Positions 44,511 through 54,372 of a DNA stretch of 64,000 bases are shown here, piece after piece. The translations under genes and the position numbers were made by a program. Position 1 is the stretch's first letter; each line of letters begins with the position of its first letter. Below the pieces are notes generated by a model. That model saw nothing but the letters and a program-made list of their open reading frames with translations, did no database searches and had not been told where the DNA came from. The DNA is from a virus (lineage: Duplodnaviria > Caudoviricetes): the IMG/VR virus record IMGVR_UViG_2693429820_000003. One strand, written 5' to 3'.

Positions 44511-44915
44511 TTACGGCCGGCCATTTTTGATCGTGTGGTTCTTGAATAGCTGGGCACCACAGCTCAACGACAGTGCCGTCGTTGTTCGAGGCACTTCCTT
44601 CTCGTAGACCTCGACGAAGACGTCAAACGCGGCCCGAGCTGCTTTGGCATCCTTCAGCTGGCCAATAATCTCAACCACTCCGCCCCGGTCTCCGCCCCAG
44701 GGCCACCGCTGGATTTTGAAGTGCATCCCGTTGAACGGGTCTTCACGGGTCAGCTTCATGTAGTAGTGCTGCAGAGCGTATGTAGCGTAACGCACTGATT
44801 CAACACTTAGACGAGCTTCTTTGCCCTCGTTCATCCGGCCCCACAGCTTGAACATGAGGGCCTGGACCAACTCCAGGTCATTGATGATGTCGCCGGGTGA
44901 GAACTCGTCTGCCAT
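44511..44915 (-). CDS. Hypothetical protein downstream of a LexA-type box
   Basis: FKIQRW...VEII...AARAAFD...LSLSCGAQL. Confidence 0.65.
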   Translation of the reverse strand: MADEFSPGDIINDLELVQALMFKLWGRMNEGKEARLSVESVRYATYALQHYYMKLTREDPFNGMHFKIQRWPWGGDRGGVVEIIGQLKDAKAARAAFDVFVEVYEKEVPRTTTALSLSCGAQLFKNHTIKNGRP

Positions 44916-44952
44916 GGCGGATATGGATTCCACCGGCAGGCCTGGCTGTCAA

Positions 44953-44967
44953 GAACGAAGCGAGAAC
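44953..44967 (-). promoter_or_regulatory. Alphaproteobacterial LexA-type (SOS) box
   Basis: + strand GAAC-GAAGCGA-GAAC = GTTC-N7-GTTC on the coding strand. Confidence 0.75.
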
Positions 44968-44970
44968 AAA

Positions 44971-45150
44971 TCACGTTCGCCTCCGCCCCAGGAGGGTGAT
45001 GAGAGCCCCTGCCCCGAGGGTGAAGGCTGTTAAAACTGCATGGAAAAGGGTGGTGGCGAGGTGGGGATTGAGCAGCGCCAGGACAAAGGCGATGGTCACG
45101 CAGACGAGGGTCAGCGCGAGCCCACAAAGGATAATAAGACGAGTGTTCAT
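44971..45150 (-). CDS. Small two-helix membrane protein
   Basis: MNTRLIILCGLALTLVCVTIAFVLALL...AVLTAFTLGAGALITLLGRRRT. Confidence 0.6.
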   Translation of the reverse strand: MNTRLIILCGLALTLVCVTIAFVLALLNPHLATTLFHAVLTAFTLGAGALITLLGRRRT

Positions 45151-45350
45151 TACAGTCTCTCGGATCATTATCGATCGAGAGACACTTTCGCGCGCGAGAG
45201 GGCTCTCGACCGTGAGGTCGATAAAACCCTCAATCGCGCTAACCACTAGGTTTCGGGGGAAACCTAAGCTCGACTGAGAAGCAACCTAGATTACTTCGAC
45301 CCCTATGACCCTGACCCTTTCGGGCTCACGTCGGGGCGTTCCGTGGATAA

Positions 45351-45365
45351 GAACGAGTGACGAAC
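45351..45365. promoter_or_regulatory. Second LexA-type box
   Basis: GAAC-GAGTGAC-GAAC, intergenic. Confidence 0.6.
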
Positions 45366-45394
45366 GTTGATTCTAGCCCGATTCGCGCGCTCAC

Positions 45395-45763
45395 TCAAGA
45401 GTACCCGTCCACAAGCGCCTTCTGCAGCCGGGCGACCAGTCTTTCTGCGTCCTCTTTGCTCCACACGGCAAAGAGCTGTGCCTCATCAAACAGAGCGTCA
45501 CGGTTGTCGCTCTCATAGTCCATTGGGGGAGTTTCCACCCCCAACAGCGCCTGGTCGGTCGCAGCCATCCACATATCGGTATCGCTGCACTCATCAAACC
45601 AAGGGAAGAGATCTTGCACGACAAAATCGTCGGCAACTGTCTCCCCTTTGATCACGACCTCACCGTGCATGTAGTCGACATAGCCCGGCCGCTGGGCAGC
45701 GAACTTGGCAAAGATCGTCCCTGCAGGCAGACTAAGAAACGTTTTCCGATCAACGATCCTCAT
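45395..45763 (-). CDS. Phage hypothetical protein
   Basis: MRIVDRKTFLSLPAGTIFAK...; coupled to the upstream gene. Confidence 0.75.
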   Translation of the reverse strand: MRIVDRKTFLSLPAGTIFAKFAAQRPGYVDYMHGEVVIKGETVADDFVVQDLFPWFDECSDTDMWMAATDQALLGVETPPMDYESDNRDALFDEAQLFAVWSKEDAERLVARLQKALVDGYS

Positions 45764-46415
45764 GCATGTCCGCCCTTTCCAGAGCCGCCTTCTCCGTGAA
45801 GACCGCGTTTGGGAATCGCTTCTTCAGCTTTTCCATATTACCCCGTGTCACCCGCGTGATGCCACCCTGGGCATTGCAGAGGAGCTGGAGATACCAAAGA
45901 AGGTCGCCAGTCTCGAGCAGCAACTCGTTCTCGTCGATCTCCTTCTGGTTATAGAGCGCCGTCGACAAGAGTTCCCCCAGCTCGGCTGCTTCGGTACAGA
46001 CGCCAATAATGCCGTGGAGAATGTCGAGGTCCACAACGTCGAAGCGAACCCCAGGCTCGTCGAACTTCATAGACTCGACCTCAGCCCCGTTTTCGGTGTC
46101 TCGCCCATAGAAGAGTGCCTTCTTAACACTATCGAGATTTCTTCCCTCTCGGGCGAAGTCATCGAAGGTCCAGGCGAGCAGCGTGGGATGAGACAGCTCC
46201 TCATGGAACTTCTCGTACTTCGCCAACGGTCTCACGAAATCGGCATAGTTCTCGCCGTCAACGTTGATGTCAGTCGAGATCGGATACTGACGACTGAGCC
46301 GCAGCGCCCCCTCGGGCAAGGAAACCATGATCTGGTTCCCCTTCTCGTCAAGGACACGTTGAAGCTCGGCCATCTTCCCAGTCTGCTGTGCCTTCATCAC
46401 GACAACCTCTTCCAT
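45750..46415 (-). CDS. MazG-like nucleotide pyrophosphohydrolase
   Basis: LHGIIGVCTEAAELGE...LETGDLLWY...NMEKLKKRFP. Confidence 0.8.
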   Translation of the reverse strand: MEEVVVMKAQQTGKMAELQRVLDEKGNQIMVSLPEGALRLSRQYPISTDINVDGENYADFVRPLAKYEKFHEELSHPTLLAWTFDDFAREGRNLDSVKKALFYGRDTENGAEVESMKFDEPGVRFDVVDLDILHGIIGVCTEAAELGELLSTALYNQKEIDENELLLETGDLLWYLQLLCNAQGGITRVTRGNMEKLKKRFPNAVFTEKAALERADMHEDR

Positions 46416-46915
46416 CACTTCGCCCTCTTTTTCGGTTTCCGCTTCACAACCTTGATGTCGTCCAGACGCAGAACGTTGACTGGTCCGCCGCTGTTTTGAT
46501 CGACCAGAATGGCGATCTCGACTGCCTTCGCTGCGTCGGCGCCCATATGCATGGCAGCCGTGGCTGCCATGGCTCCTGATCCTCCGGCCCAATACGGACC
46601 TGCAGCTGGCCACCAGCCGCCTTCCTCAATGCAGAAGACGCGGCCATCTTTGCAGACGACGAAGATCGAACTGTCTGCCATGCTCGGCAGCTTCGAAGCA
46701 TCCCACTTGTCGGGGTCGTCCCAGGGCAGCTTCCGCATACGATCCAGCTTCTGAGCTGCAGCGTAGACGTTGCTGATGGTTCCCATGACCGCATAGATCA
46801 CGGGGTGTTTTGTGCTGATCCAGGCCTTCTTGATGGAGTTGGGGACGATACCGTCCCCACTCGTGATCCGGGAATCGAAGGCCACTACCCCGTCTCTGAC
46901 GGCGAGAGTGGTCAA
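46415..46915 (-). CDS. HslV/proteasome-beta-like Ntn peptidase
   Basis: N-terminal TT, AFDSRIT, GSG..A.AAM, AVEIA..VD.NSGG. Confidence 0.82.
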   Translation of the reverse strand: MTTLAVRDGVVAFDSRITSGDGIVPNSIKKAWISTKHPVIYAVMGTISNVYAAAQKLDRMRKLPWDDPDKWDASKLPSMADSSIFVVCKDGRVFCIEEGGWWPAAGPYWAGGSGAMAATAAMHMGADAAKAVEIAILVDQNSGGPVNVLRLDDIKVVKRKPKKRAK

Positions 46916-47502
46916 GCGCCACCTCCCTCATCGAGAGCCCACGGGCCGGGGTCGAGCTTGTAGTTGGGGTCCACAAACCAGTCTTCGGGGCTCGGTTTTG
47001 GAATCGGGAAAGCTCCCGTCCGCATGACGTACTGCCTCAGTTTGTCGAGCGTCACATGAGGCTGATCCAACTTCTCAAGGCGATCCTCTTCCATCAGCTC
47101 CCAGATCGTCTTGCTATCCGCCGGCAGCTTGATCTCTTCCTCACCCGGCTTCGCCGGCGGGGAATTAAACCGCAACTGCTTCCGCTCGCCTTCGTGTTTC
47201 CAGCGGTCATCCTCACCCAGATCGGCATCAAAATGCTCGATCAGGAAGGCGATGTTGCAGCCTATGACTGACAACATCGGCAGCCCGCTCTCTTCGTCGT
47301 AGTCCTTACCCTCTTTGAAGTCTGTAAGATGACGCTCCAGGCTATCGATCATGCTCTTCCACTTGAAGCCTTTCCGCCAGTTCTCGGCGCTGTACTTCTG
47401 TTCGCCGTACGTCAGAGCGAAGGCGACATAACGGTTGAGCGACGACGGCACCAAGCTCATGCGGGGCTTGCCGTTGTTATATCGAAGTGCGTTGGTGCTC
47501 AT
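46912..47502 (-). CDS. dATP/dGTP diphosphohydrolase domain protein (DUF5664-like)
   Basis: RYNNGKPRMSLVP, YGEQKY..ENWRKG, SLERHL, DEESGLP. Confidence 0.82.
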   Translation of the reverse strand: MSTNALRYNNGKPRMSLVPSSLNRYVAFALTYGEQKYSAENWRKGFKWKSMIDSLERHLTDFKEGKDYDEESGLPMLSVIGCNIAFLIEHFDADLGEDDRWKHEGERKQLRFNSPPAKPGEEEIKLPADSKTIWELMEEDRLEKLDQPHVTLDKLRQYVMRTGAFPIPKPSPEDWFVDPNYKLDPGPWALDEGGGA

Positions 47503-47651
47503 TTGGCCTCCTTGTAGCCATAGAGGCGGTCGATGAAGTCAAAGAGTTCATCGGAGGTCTTGATGAACGATTGTGTGTAGGACTTGTCGGCATTGTAAAC
47601 GCGGACCGAGAACTCACCTCTGGAGGTGAGCTTGATGGACATATGGGGCAT
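47499..47651 (-). CDS. Small hypothetical protein (50 aa)
   Basis: Hand-read MPHMSIKLTSRGEFSVRVYN...; overlaps both neighbours (TGATG and ATGA). Confidence 0.6.
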   Translation of the reverse strand: MPHMSIKLTSRGEFSVRVYNADKSYTQSFIKTSDELFDFIDRLYGYKEAK

Positions 47652-48157
47652 CACTCACTCCTCAGCTGGTAGAACCGTGTCATCCACGCCTGGGCGGCGT
47701 CATCTGGATGCATTGGGTCAACAATGCAGTCCAGCATCGGGTGGCGGAGTTCGTACATGAGACCCAAGGCGAGCATCTCGTCGTTGCGGATCGCAATGTC
47801 GTAGCCGTGGATTTGCCGGTAATGATCCCAAGGGACCCCCAAAAGATTCGCCAGGTGGCCGAGGATTCTCAGCTCATAGAGTTCGATCTCTGGGAACTTA
47901 CTCTTGGCCGACGCTGGGATGTCGCTGATGAAGGTCTCAGCCAGGTCGTGGGTGAGAGCCGCCATGGCTAGCTCCTGTGGCACGTACCAGGACAGGAGTG
48001 TTTGATGCTGCGCTATAGAGAGGGCGAACTTGCCCCGACCGGCGTAGCGATTGATCCGCGAACACGCAAATGCGAGGTCGGGAATCTGTAGGTCGAACAT
48101 TTCCTTTGTAAGCAATAGAGGATCGTTCAGCGCGTGGAGTGTGGGACAGAACATCAT
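47651..48157 (-). CDS. HD-domain hydrolase, YfbR-like 5'-deoxynucleotidase
   Basis: RINRYAG, SIAQH, ALTHDLAETFISDIP. Confidence 0.85.
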   Translation of the reverse strand: MMFCPTLHALNDPLLLTKEMFDLQIPDLAFACSRINRYAGRGKFALSIAQHQTLLSWYVPQELAMAALTHDLAETFISDIPASAKSKFPEIELYELRILGHLANLLGVPWDHYRQIHGYDIAIRNDEMLALGLMYELRHPMLDCIVDPMHPDDAAQAWMTRFYQLRSE

Positions 48158-48555
48158 CAGTCCACTCCATAAAAGAAGGAGCGAACGCCCACTGGGTCTT
48201 TCCGGGGGATGAGATAGAGGACCACCCACCCGTCCTTATGACGACCCTGGCACATCTCATGTGTGCCAGCGTCGAAGAGACGGCGGGCTTCCTTGATCGG
48301 GTGGAAGAACCGATGCGGCCACGGTCCACCCGGGTCCTTCACCGCGATGACGTGTTTCTGCATACCCGGCTTGCCGAGTGTGAAGAGATCATCGGGGATG
48401 GGGTAATTGGGGCGCTTAAACGTATACGATGAGGCGTTGGCCTGTCGTTGTTTAAGCTCTCGATAGTCCATTCCGAGGAGTCGAGCGACCTTAGAGACAT
48501 TGCCTCCTGTTCGCGTCAACTCCTCATCTACTAGGCGTTCAATGACCTCAGACAC
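48157..48555 (-). CDS. HTH (Fis-like) DNA-binding protein
   Basis: LTRTGGNVSKVARLLGM. Confidence 0.65.
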   Translation of the reverse strand: MSEVIERLVDEELTRTGGNVSKVARLLGMDYRELKQRQANASSYTFKRPNYPIPDDLFTLGKPGMQKHVIAVKDPGGPWPHRFFHPIKEARRLFDAGTHEMCQGRHKDGWVVLYLIPRKDPVGVRSFFYGVD

Positions 48556-48568
48556 GTGGCCCTCATCG

Positions 48569-50554
48569 TCAGAATTCCAGGATTGTTCCTGCTGACGGAG
48601 ACTTGTGTGTGATGAGGATAATTTGCGAGATTCGGTCCACAAGGAGTCCTAGGGAGTCCTGCGTTTTCTGAGCACGATCATCGTCCATGGACGCGTCGAT
48701 CTCATCACCGATGAAGACAGGGAAGACATTGTTCGTCAGCACCTGTCCCAGTCCCAGTCGCAGAGCCAGGTTGGCACATGCCTTACCTGACCCCGACAAC
48801 GTACCGAGCGGTTGTCCGTCGACGGTCACTTCAAAGTTCTCATCGACGACAATGCTATTACGTTGTCCACCAGTCATACGTGTCAGAAGCCACGAGGCGA
48901 CCTTCGATAGCGACGGCACAAGGTACGTCTTGATGCGTGACCGCATCTCGACAAGGAACAGGCGAGCCTGCTTCCAGCCTTCCAGCTCGACGCGCTTCTC
49001 AGACACGACAGCTGAGGTAGCGGTCCAGGCAGCATGAGCCTTCTGGTGCATGGTCAACTGCATCTCGTAATCACGAGCGATCTTGAGCTGTCTCTCAACG
49101 TGGGCCAGCGCGTCGTCCACCAACTGGAGTTTCGCCAGCTCATTTTCCTTGACCGCCTTCTCAGCCATCCAGGCGTCGTAGGGCCCGATGTCGCGATCGT
49201 AGATATGCTTGGCAGCTTCGTACGCCTGCCGCGTGCGCAGTGCCTGCTCGATGGGCGTCCGATCCGGGCGAGCGCCGAGATCAAACAGCATCTTGTCCTG
49301 CACCGAAATATGCACCGCGCCTGCGGCCCGCGCTAAGGATTCTCGGGTTGCCTGGGGTCGCGCAGCCTCAAGTGGAAATTGCGAGACCTCCGCCCAAGTC
49401 TTTTGGATGACGTCTCGGTCCCAGTTATCTATCCGACGAACCTGATCCGCCAGATCGGCAAGCGAGAGGCTAGGCTGAGGAAGGTTGCCCAGCTCGGTCA
49501 GGAGGAACTTGTAGTCGGCAATAGCCTGATGTTCGAGGCTGAAGCGCGTCTGACAATGAGGACAGTCAGCGTGGGGAGCTTTACCCAGCTGCTCCAGCTT
49601 TGCCGTGTAAACCGCCTGCTCTTTGAGTTTGCCGTGGAGCGCAATCTGCTCTTCGGCAGTCTCGCGAGTGATCGATGCCCGAGGATTATCACGCTCGAAG
49701 GCAGCACGGCGCCCGGCTTGGTCGAACAAGTCCCACTCTAAGCGGATCTGCTCGGGGTCGAAGTCGATGACCTGGAGGGTCTTGATGCGCTTATATTCTA
49801 CCTCCCAGGCGTTGATCTGTGCCAGCTGCTCATTCAGGACCGCCGCTGATGGCACGTCTGGTTCCACAGGCAGCTTCGGCTCGGGCTTCCCTACCGAAAG
49901 CCAGCCCTTGAGCTGGGATTGTAGCTGCTGTTGTTCCTTGAGAGTGACGAGCTGCCCCTCCAAATCCGGGATCGGCTGCAGGTCTTCGGGAGCCACAGGC
50001 GTCTGCGGCTCCGACCCCATATGCTTTTCCAGGACCTCAATCTCTTTACCGGCAAGGCTGGCCTGCTCCGACACCCACTTCGTCACGGTGTCGATCCGGT
50101 CCACACCAATAACCTGGTCGACCATCCGCTTCCGTTCGGCCGGCAGCATATTGCCCAGACGCTCGACGTCACCCTGGTTCGTCACGCAGGAGATGTCGAA
50201 GACGTCCAGACCGAACCCGAGCGAGGATAGGAGCTTCTGGTTCACAGGTTTGACACCTGTGGCGACCAGCTCTTGGTTCCGCCACAGCTTGGCTTTGTTG
50301 ATCTGGCGTTCGACCCTGTAGTTCTCGCCACGGAGATCGAACTCAGCCGTCAGCTGGAGGGTCTTGTAATCCTCACTGGTGCCACGGAGCGCCGAAGTAC
50401 CAAATAGGGCAAACCGCATCATCTCGATGACGAAGCTCTTCCCCTGCTCATTGGCACCGGTGATCTGTGTCAGTCCCTTGGTAAGGTCCAACTCACGCTG
50501 GAGCGTTCTCCCCGTCGACGGGAAGGTCACGCTGTACTTCAGGGTCTTGAACAT
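48569..50554 (-). CDS. SbcC/Rad50-like ATPase
   Basis: GANEQGKS Walker A, CPHC zinc hook, LSGSG signature, FIGDEID Walker B, ITH. Confidence 0.92.
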   Translation of the reverse strand: MFKTLKYSVTFPSTGRTLQRELDLTKGLTQITGANEQGKSFVIEMMRFALFGTSALRGTSEDYKTLQLTAEFDLRGENYRVERQINKAKLWRNQELVATGVKPVNQKLLSSLGFGLDVFDISCVTNQGDVERLGNMLPAERKRMVDQVIGVDRIDTVTKWVSEQASLAGKEIEVLEKHMGSEPQTPVAPEDLQPIPDLEGQLVTLKEQQQLQSQLKGWLSVGKPEPKLPVEPDVPSAAVLNEQLAQINAWEVEYKRIKTLQVIDFDPEQIRLEWDLFDQAGRRAAFERDNPRASITRETAEEQIALHGKLKEQAVYTAKLEQLGKAPHADCPHCQTRFSLEHQAIADYKFLLTELGNLPQPSLSLADLADQVRRIDNWDRDVIQKTWAEVSQFPLEAARPQATRESLARAAGAVHISVQDKMLFDLGARPDRTPIEQALRTRQAYEAAKHIYDRDIGPYDAWMAEKAVKENELAKLQLVDDALAHVERQLKIARDYEMQLTMHQKAHAAWTATSAVVSEKRVELEGWKQARLFLVEMRSRIKTYLVPSLSKVASWLLTRMTGGQRNSIVVDENFEVTVDGQPLGTLSGSGKACANLALRLGLGQVLTNNVFPVFIGDEIDASMDDDRAQKTQDSLGLLVDRISQIILITHKSPSAGTILEF

Positions 50555-50801
50555 TCTTGCTCTCTTCCTTCATCCGGTGCAGGACCTCGCCAAAGTGGAA
50601 CATCATCACTTTGGTCCAGATGTTCTGGACAATGTCGGGTCCGAAATCGCTGTCTTCGACCAGCTTGAGGGCGTCTGCATAAGCGCCCTCCCCCAAAGCA
50701 TCCTGCTGGATCAGAAACTCCAGCAGCTGTATCTCAGGAGGGATCAGCCACTGCTGGGCTCGAATGGCCTTCAGAGCGTCACTTCGAAAGCTTCCTGCCA
50801 T
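50493..50801 (-). CDS. Hypothetical protein
   Basis: GAGGAG RBS; lies between the SbcD-like and SbcC-like genes. Confidence 0.65.
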   Translation of the reverse strand: MAGSFRSDALKAIRAQQWLIPPEIQLLEFLIQQDALGEGAYADALKLVEDSDFGPDIVQNIWTKVMMFHFGEVLHRMKEESKNVQDPEVQRDLPVDGENAPA

Positions 50802-51739
50802 TTGCTCCTCAGCTGTTCGGCCACCGTTTCTGGCAGCGTGAATTCTTTGGCGACGTCGTCGTAGAGACTGCTCAGATTGAAGTCGCCCAGGTTGACGTCG
50901 AGATCTGCGCTGGCGACTTCTTCTGGTTTGCGGACCTGGAGCTGCAGGCAGTCGATCGTGAGATCGAAGATTTCACCCGGCTCAAGGTCGATACGGACAC
51001 ATTTGTTCTTCAGGTCCGTGGCACTCGCCGCTTCCTTGAGGCTCAGGGTGACATAAAGATGGTCGTTGTCCTGCTCACCGAACGCATATGGTTGCATCGA
51101 TCCGACCACGGTGACGTCGATGCCATCACGGGAGAAGGCGTCGGGCTTGTGGATGTGACCGGTGTAGGCCTGGGTGATCCCCAGGTCCTTGAGCTGTAGG
51201 GTCGGGATTAGGTTGTGGACGTCTGAACGGGTATCGACGTCCCAGTGTCCGAAGGCTTTCTGCACTGTCGAATGACTTTTTGGCAGACCCTCAATCATCT
51301 CCGATGCTGGGATGGTTGGGTGCCAACCGCACAGCAACAACCCGTCCGATACATAGAGCATGTCAACGGGTGTGACGTTCTTCAGCTCTGCCGTCAGAGC
51401 GGTGAACACATCAAAGGCAGTCTGCACCTCCAGGTCCCGGCTGGCGTCGTGGTTGCCTCGGAGGACAAAAAACACAGTGTCCGGGTTGTTTCTGGCCGCC
51501 TCTTCGTACGCCCAGTACGTTTCCATAATCATGGACAGGCTGACGACAGGCTTATCGAACAGGTCCCCCATGTGGATGTGGCAATCACACCCCTCCGGGT
51601 CCAACTCCTGGACGAACTGCTGCCAGACCATCTTCTCCCGGTCGTCCCGGCGGTGCAGCGGCACGTTCGTGATGAACCGCCGCCCGAGGTGGGTATCCCC
51701 CAGCAGTTTGATGCGTTTTCCGTTGTGGTCGATAATCAA
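50771..51739 (-). CDS. SbcD/Mre11-like nuclease
   Basis: GDTHLG, GDLFD, GNHD, GH, GHIH. Confidence 0.92.
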   Translation of the reverse strand: MIIDHNGKRIKLLGDTHLGRRFITNVPLHRRDDREKMVWQQFVQELDPEGCDCHIHMGDLFDKPVVSLSMIMETYWAYEEAARNNPDTVFFVLRGNHDASRDLEVQTAFDVFTALTAELKNVTPVDMLYVSDGLLLCGWHPTIPASEMIEGLPKSHSTVQKAFGHWDVDTRSDVHNLIPTLQLKDLGITQAYTGHIHKPDAFSRDGIDVTVVGSMQPYAFGEQDNDHLYVTLSLKEAASATDLKNKCVRIDLEPGEIFDLTIDCLQLQVRKPEEVASADLDVNLGDFNLSSLYDDVAKEFTLPETVAEQLRSKWQEAFEVTL

Positions 51740-51870
51740 TTGGACCCCGCGAGGTACATAAGGAGGAAGAACACGGTCTCAGCGAATTGGATGGGACCGC
51801 GCATAAAAAGAGCAAGGGTGACCGCTGCGACAGCGATCACCCCACTCGTAATCCAGATGAAAGCTTTCAT
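51736..51870 (-). CDS. Small membrane protein (44 aa)
   Basis: Hand-read MKAFIWITSGVIAVAAVTLALFMRGPIQFAETVFFLLMYLAGSN. Confidence 0.5.
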   Translation of the reverse strand: MKAFIWITSGVIAVAAVTLALFMRGPIQFAETVFFLLMYLAGSN

Positions 51871-51871
51871 C

Positions 51872-52084
51872 TTACGCACGCACCCCCTTACACTGAATCA
51901 TGACCCGGTCCAGACGGTCGCCCACCAGCTCTCGCAGTTGTGCATCCGTCAGCTTTCCTTCCGCCCAATCGGCCAGGTAGAAGGCGTCGCGCCCGTTTTC
52001 CATCGGAACCAAGGCCTGCATCGGAACAATGCAGCCATAGTTCAGCGTGACGAGGACATAGAAGGTCGCAATGAAACTAAGCAT
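51872..52084 (-). CDS. Small hypothetical protein
   Basis: Coupled ORF within the operon. Confidence 0.55.
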   Translation of the reverse strand: MLSFIATFYVLVTLNYGCIVPMQALVPMENGRDAFYLADWAEGKLTDAQLRELVGDRLDRVMIQCKGVRA

Positions 52085-52625
52085 TGGTCACCAACTTGAT
52101 TTGGTGGAGGACGTCGAAGATCGCGTTGTGAGCCTCGCCCACGAACTCAAACTGCTGTTCCCACTCCAACGGTTCGGTGTGGCCCCGTCCGGTGATGTAG
52201 GAACGGACGTCAACCGCGTTGTAGTACCTGAGCGGGTTCTGGATCATGAACTGGCGGAAATATGAGTCCATGAAACCCCAGTCGAAGCTGATGGGCTTGG
52301 CCCAGAAGCGGATGGGACGGTTGGTCGGCGTCTTGGCGATCCAGTTGAAGAGGTCCTGCATAACCAGGGCCGGGTCCTCAGACCGCGCCAAGATCGCTTC
52401 GAGGATCTCGGGCTTCTGTCTGCCCCACCATTGACGCGTGCTCTCGTCCCAGAAGCGGTTCGGGACGTTCGGCGCCAGGGATCTGCAGAACATGTCGTCG
52501 GCGTCGACTTCTCCGGTCTCAACGTTGAAGCGAACAGCTGCGGCCTGAAGCATCCAGCTGTGGCTGGGATCGATGCCTGTGGTCTCACAGTCGAACATGA
52601 TGTCGGGGTAAACGAGATTGGTCAC
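52077..52625 (-). CDS. DEDDh 3'-5' exonuclease
   Basis: MFDCETTG, SFD, HNAIFDV. Confidence 0.85.
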   Translation of the reverse strand: MTNLVYPDIMFDCETTGIDPSHSWMLQAAAVRFNVETGEVDADDMFCRSLAPNVPNRFWDESTRQWWGRQKPEILEAILARSEDPALVMQDLFNWIAKTPTNRPIRFWAKPISFDWGFMDSYFRQFMIQNPLRYYNAVDVRSYITGRGHTEPLEWEQQFEFVGEAHNAIFDVLHQIKLVTNA

Positions 52626-53050
52626 AGGTCCTCCTGCGTGAGTTCGCGCATCTCGGACCATGGAATGGAAAACAGCTTGAGCGCCTCGCGGCTTTCAAGC
52701 CCCTGGAACGGCAACACGAACCAACGGTTCAATGAAAGGGAATGGACGAAGATTTCGTAGCGACCACCTGCCGGAAGGATCATCCGTGCCGCCGTACGTT
52801 GACTGGGCTTGATGAGAGAGAAGGGAAACTTCCTCTCGTCAATCGTCGACTTCACCTCGATGTAGCGGGTGCCGTTCCGGCGGGTGGTCAGGAGATAATC
52901 CGCTGGCTGCTCTTCGTAGAACCCGGCAGCGCCGGTCTTTCCACGAACATGAGCCGCATCTGGGAAACGGTGAAGGTGCGCGTCCTTACCGAGGGACCGC
53001 ACCATCGCCTCGAACTCTTTCTCAGATGGTTTGCCAGTGTTTTTCGCCAT
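52622..53050 (-). CDS. PD-(D/E)XK nuclease, RecU/Holliday-junction-resolvase-like
   Basis: GK.SEKEF, PADY, IEVKST, IKPSQ. Confidence 0.78.
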   Translation of the reverse strand: MAKNTGKPSEKEFEAMVRSLGKDAHLHRFPDAAHVRGKTGAAGFYEEQPADYLLTTRRNGTRYIEVKSTIDERKFPFSLIKPSQRTAARMILPAGGRYEIFVHSLSLNRWFVLPFQGLESREALKLFSIPWSEMRELTQEDL

Positions 53051-53095
53051 GGCAGTGAGGTGGCGACGGGTCCCGAAATTACAAAGTGGGACTCC

Positions 53096-53581
53096 CTAGG
53101 AGTCTGGCCTGAGGTCATCCATAAAACTGGACAGCACCAGTCCCGCTGCACCTATGGGGTGCGGAAGCAACACCAGTTCAATCCCGACTTCGGCGAACAA
53201 GCTCCGGGTCACCTCGAACGACGCTGCCCAACGTGGGTTGTCGTCCGGGAGCGAGACCACACGCTTGATGCCAGCTTGAGCAATCAACCCGGCACATCCG
53301 CTGCAGGGCATGAATGGCCAAACATATAATGTGCAGCCATCCAGCGGTCCCGTAGCATTGACGATGGCGTTAGCCTCCGCGTGGACTACCAGCTTGTACT
53401 TCTCGTCACGATTGTTCAGGCGTTCTGGGGTGTCAGCCACTTTGCGGGGGAAACCATTGTACCCGAGACTGATCACCTGCCGTTTATCGTTCACAACCAC
53501 AGCACCAACCTTAGTGCTGGGGTCTTTCGAGGCGGCAGAGGTGTAGCGGGCGAGACCGAGCCAGAAGAGGTCCCATTTCAT
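53096..53581 (-). CDS. dCMP deaminase
   Basis: [29 protein letters not shown]. Confidence 0.93.
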   Translation of the reverse strand: MKWDLFWLGLARYTSAASKDPSTKVGAVVVNDKRQVISLGYNGFPRKVADTPERLNNRDEKYKLVVHAEANAIVNATGPLDGCTLYVWPFMPCSGCAGLIAQAGIKRVVSLPDDNPRWAASFEVTRSLFAEVGIELVLLPHPIGAAGLVLSSFMDDLRPDS

Positions 53582-54372
53582 ACCGCCACCGGGGCTTTGA
53601 TCGTAGGCTCCGGTTCGTAGTGAAACAGCTTGATGTCGTCGTATCGGAAATCAAACAACGACGTGATTTCAGAGTTGAGGACGAGTTCCGGAAGCTTCTT
53701 GGGCGTCCTCAGCAGCTGCTCCTGAACCTGTTCAAAGTGGTTCCGGTAGATGTGAGCATCACCGAAGCTGATGATTAGGTCACCAACCTCTAGATCCGTG
53801 ACATGGGCCACCAGATGCGTCAGAAGCGCGTAGCTGGCGATGTTGAACGGAACGCCGAGGAACATGTCGGCCGACCGCTGGTACATGTGGCAGGACAGGC
53901 GCCCGTTGGCGACGTAGAACTGAAACAGACAATGGCACGGTTCCAGTCGCATTTCCGGGAGGTCATCTACATTCCAGGCTGAGACAACCATACGGCGGGA
54001 GTTCGGGCCCCATTTGATTCTCGATATGACATCGCTCAACTGGTCATACTTTCGACCGTCGACGGCCGACCAGGAACGCCATTGCTCGCCATAAACCGGG
54101 CCGAGATCGCCGTTGGCGTCGGCCCACTCGTCCCAGATGCTGACACCGTTATCTTTCAAGTATTTGATGTTGGTGTCACCCGAGATGAACCATAGCAGCT
54201 CATGGACCACCGACTTAAAGTGAATCCGCTTCGTGGTCATGAGCGGAAAGCCCTTCTGCAGCGGAAAACGGAGCTGCGGTCCGAACATGGATCGGGTGCC
54301 AGTTCCAGTCCTATCTTCCTTGTCGGTACCGCGTTGCATGATGTCTTGGAGGAGATTGAGATAGTTCTTCAA
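53578..54372 (-). CDS. thyA: Thymidylate synthase
   Basis: [42 protein letters not shown]. Confidence 0.97.
   Translation of the reverse strand: MKNYLNLLQDIMQRGTDKEDRTGTGTRSMFGPQLRFPLQKGFPLMTTKRIHFKSVVHELLWFISGDTNIKYLKDNGVSIWDEWADANGDLGPVYGEQWRSWSAVDGRKYDQLSDVISRIKWGPNSRRMVVSAWNVDDLPEMRLEPCHCLFQFYVANGRLSCHMYQRSADMFLGVPFNIASYALLTHLVAHVTDLEVGDLIISFGDAHIYRNHFEQVQEQLLRTPKKLPELVLNSEITSLFDFRYDDIKLFHYEPEPTIKAPVAV

Noticed and set aside
45705-46499. 264-aa plus-strand ORF, and similar plus-strand ORFs across 49000-63400
   Set aside because: Antisense shadows of well-supported minus-strand replication genes
45750-48157. 2-aminoadenine (Z-genome) pathway suggested by HD plus MazG-like genes
   Set aside because: No PurZ/adenylosuccinate-synthetase-like gene in the window; cannot be excluded outside it
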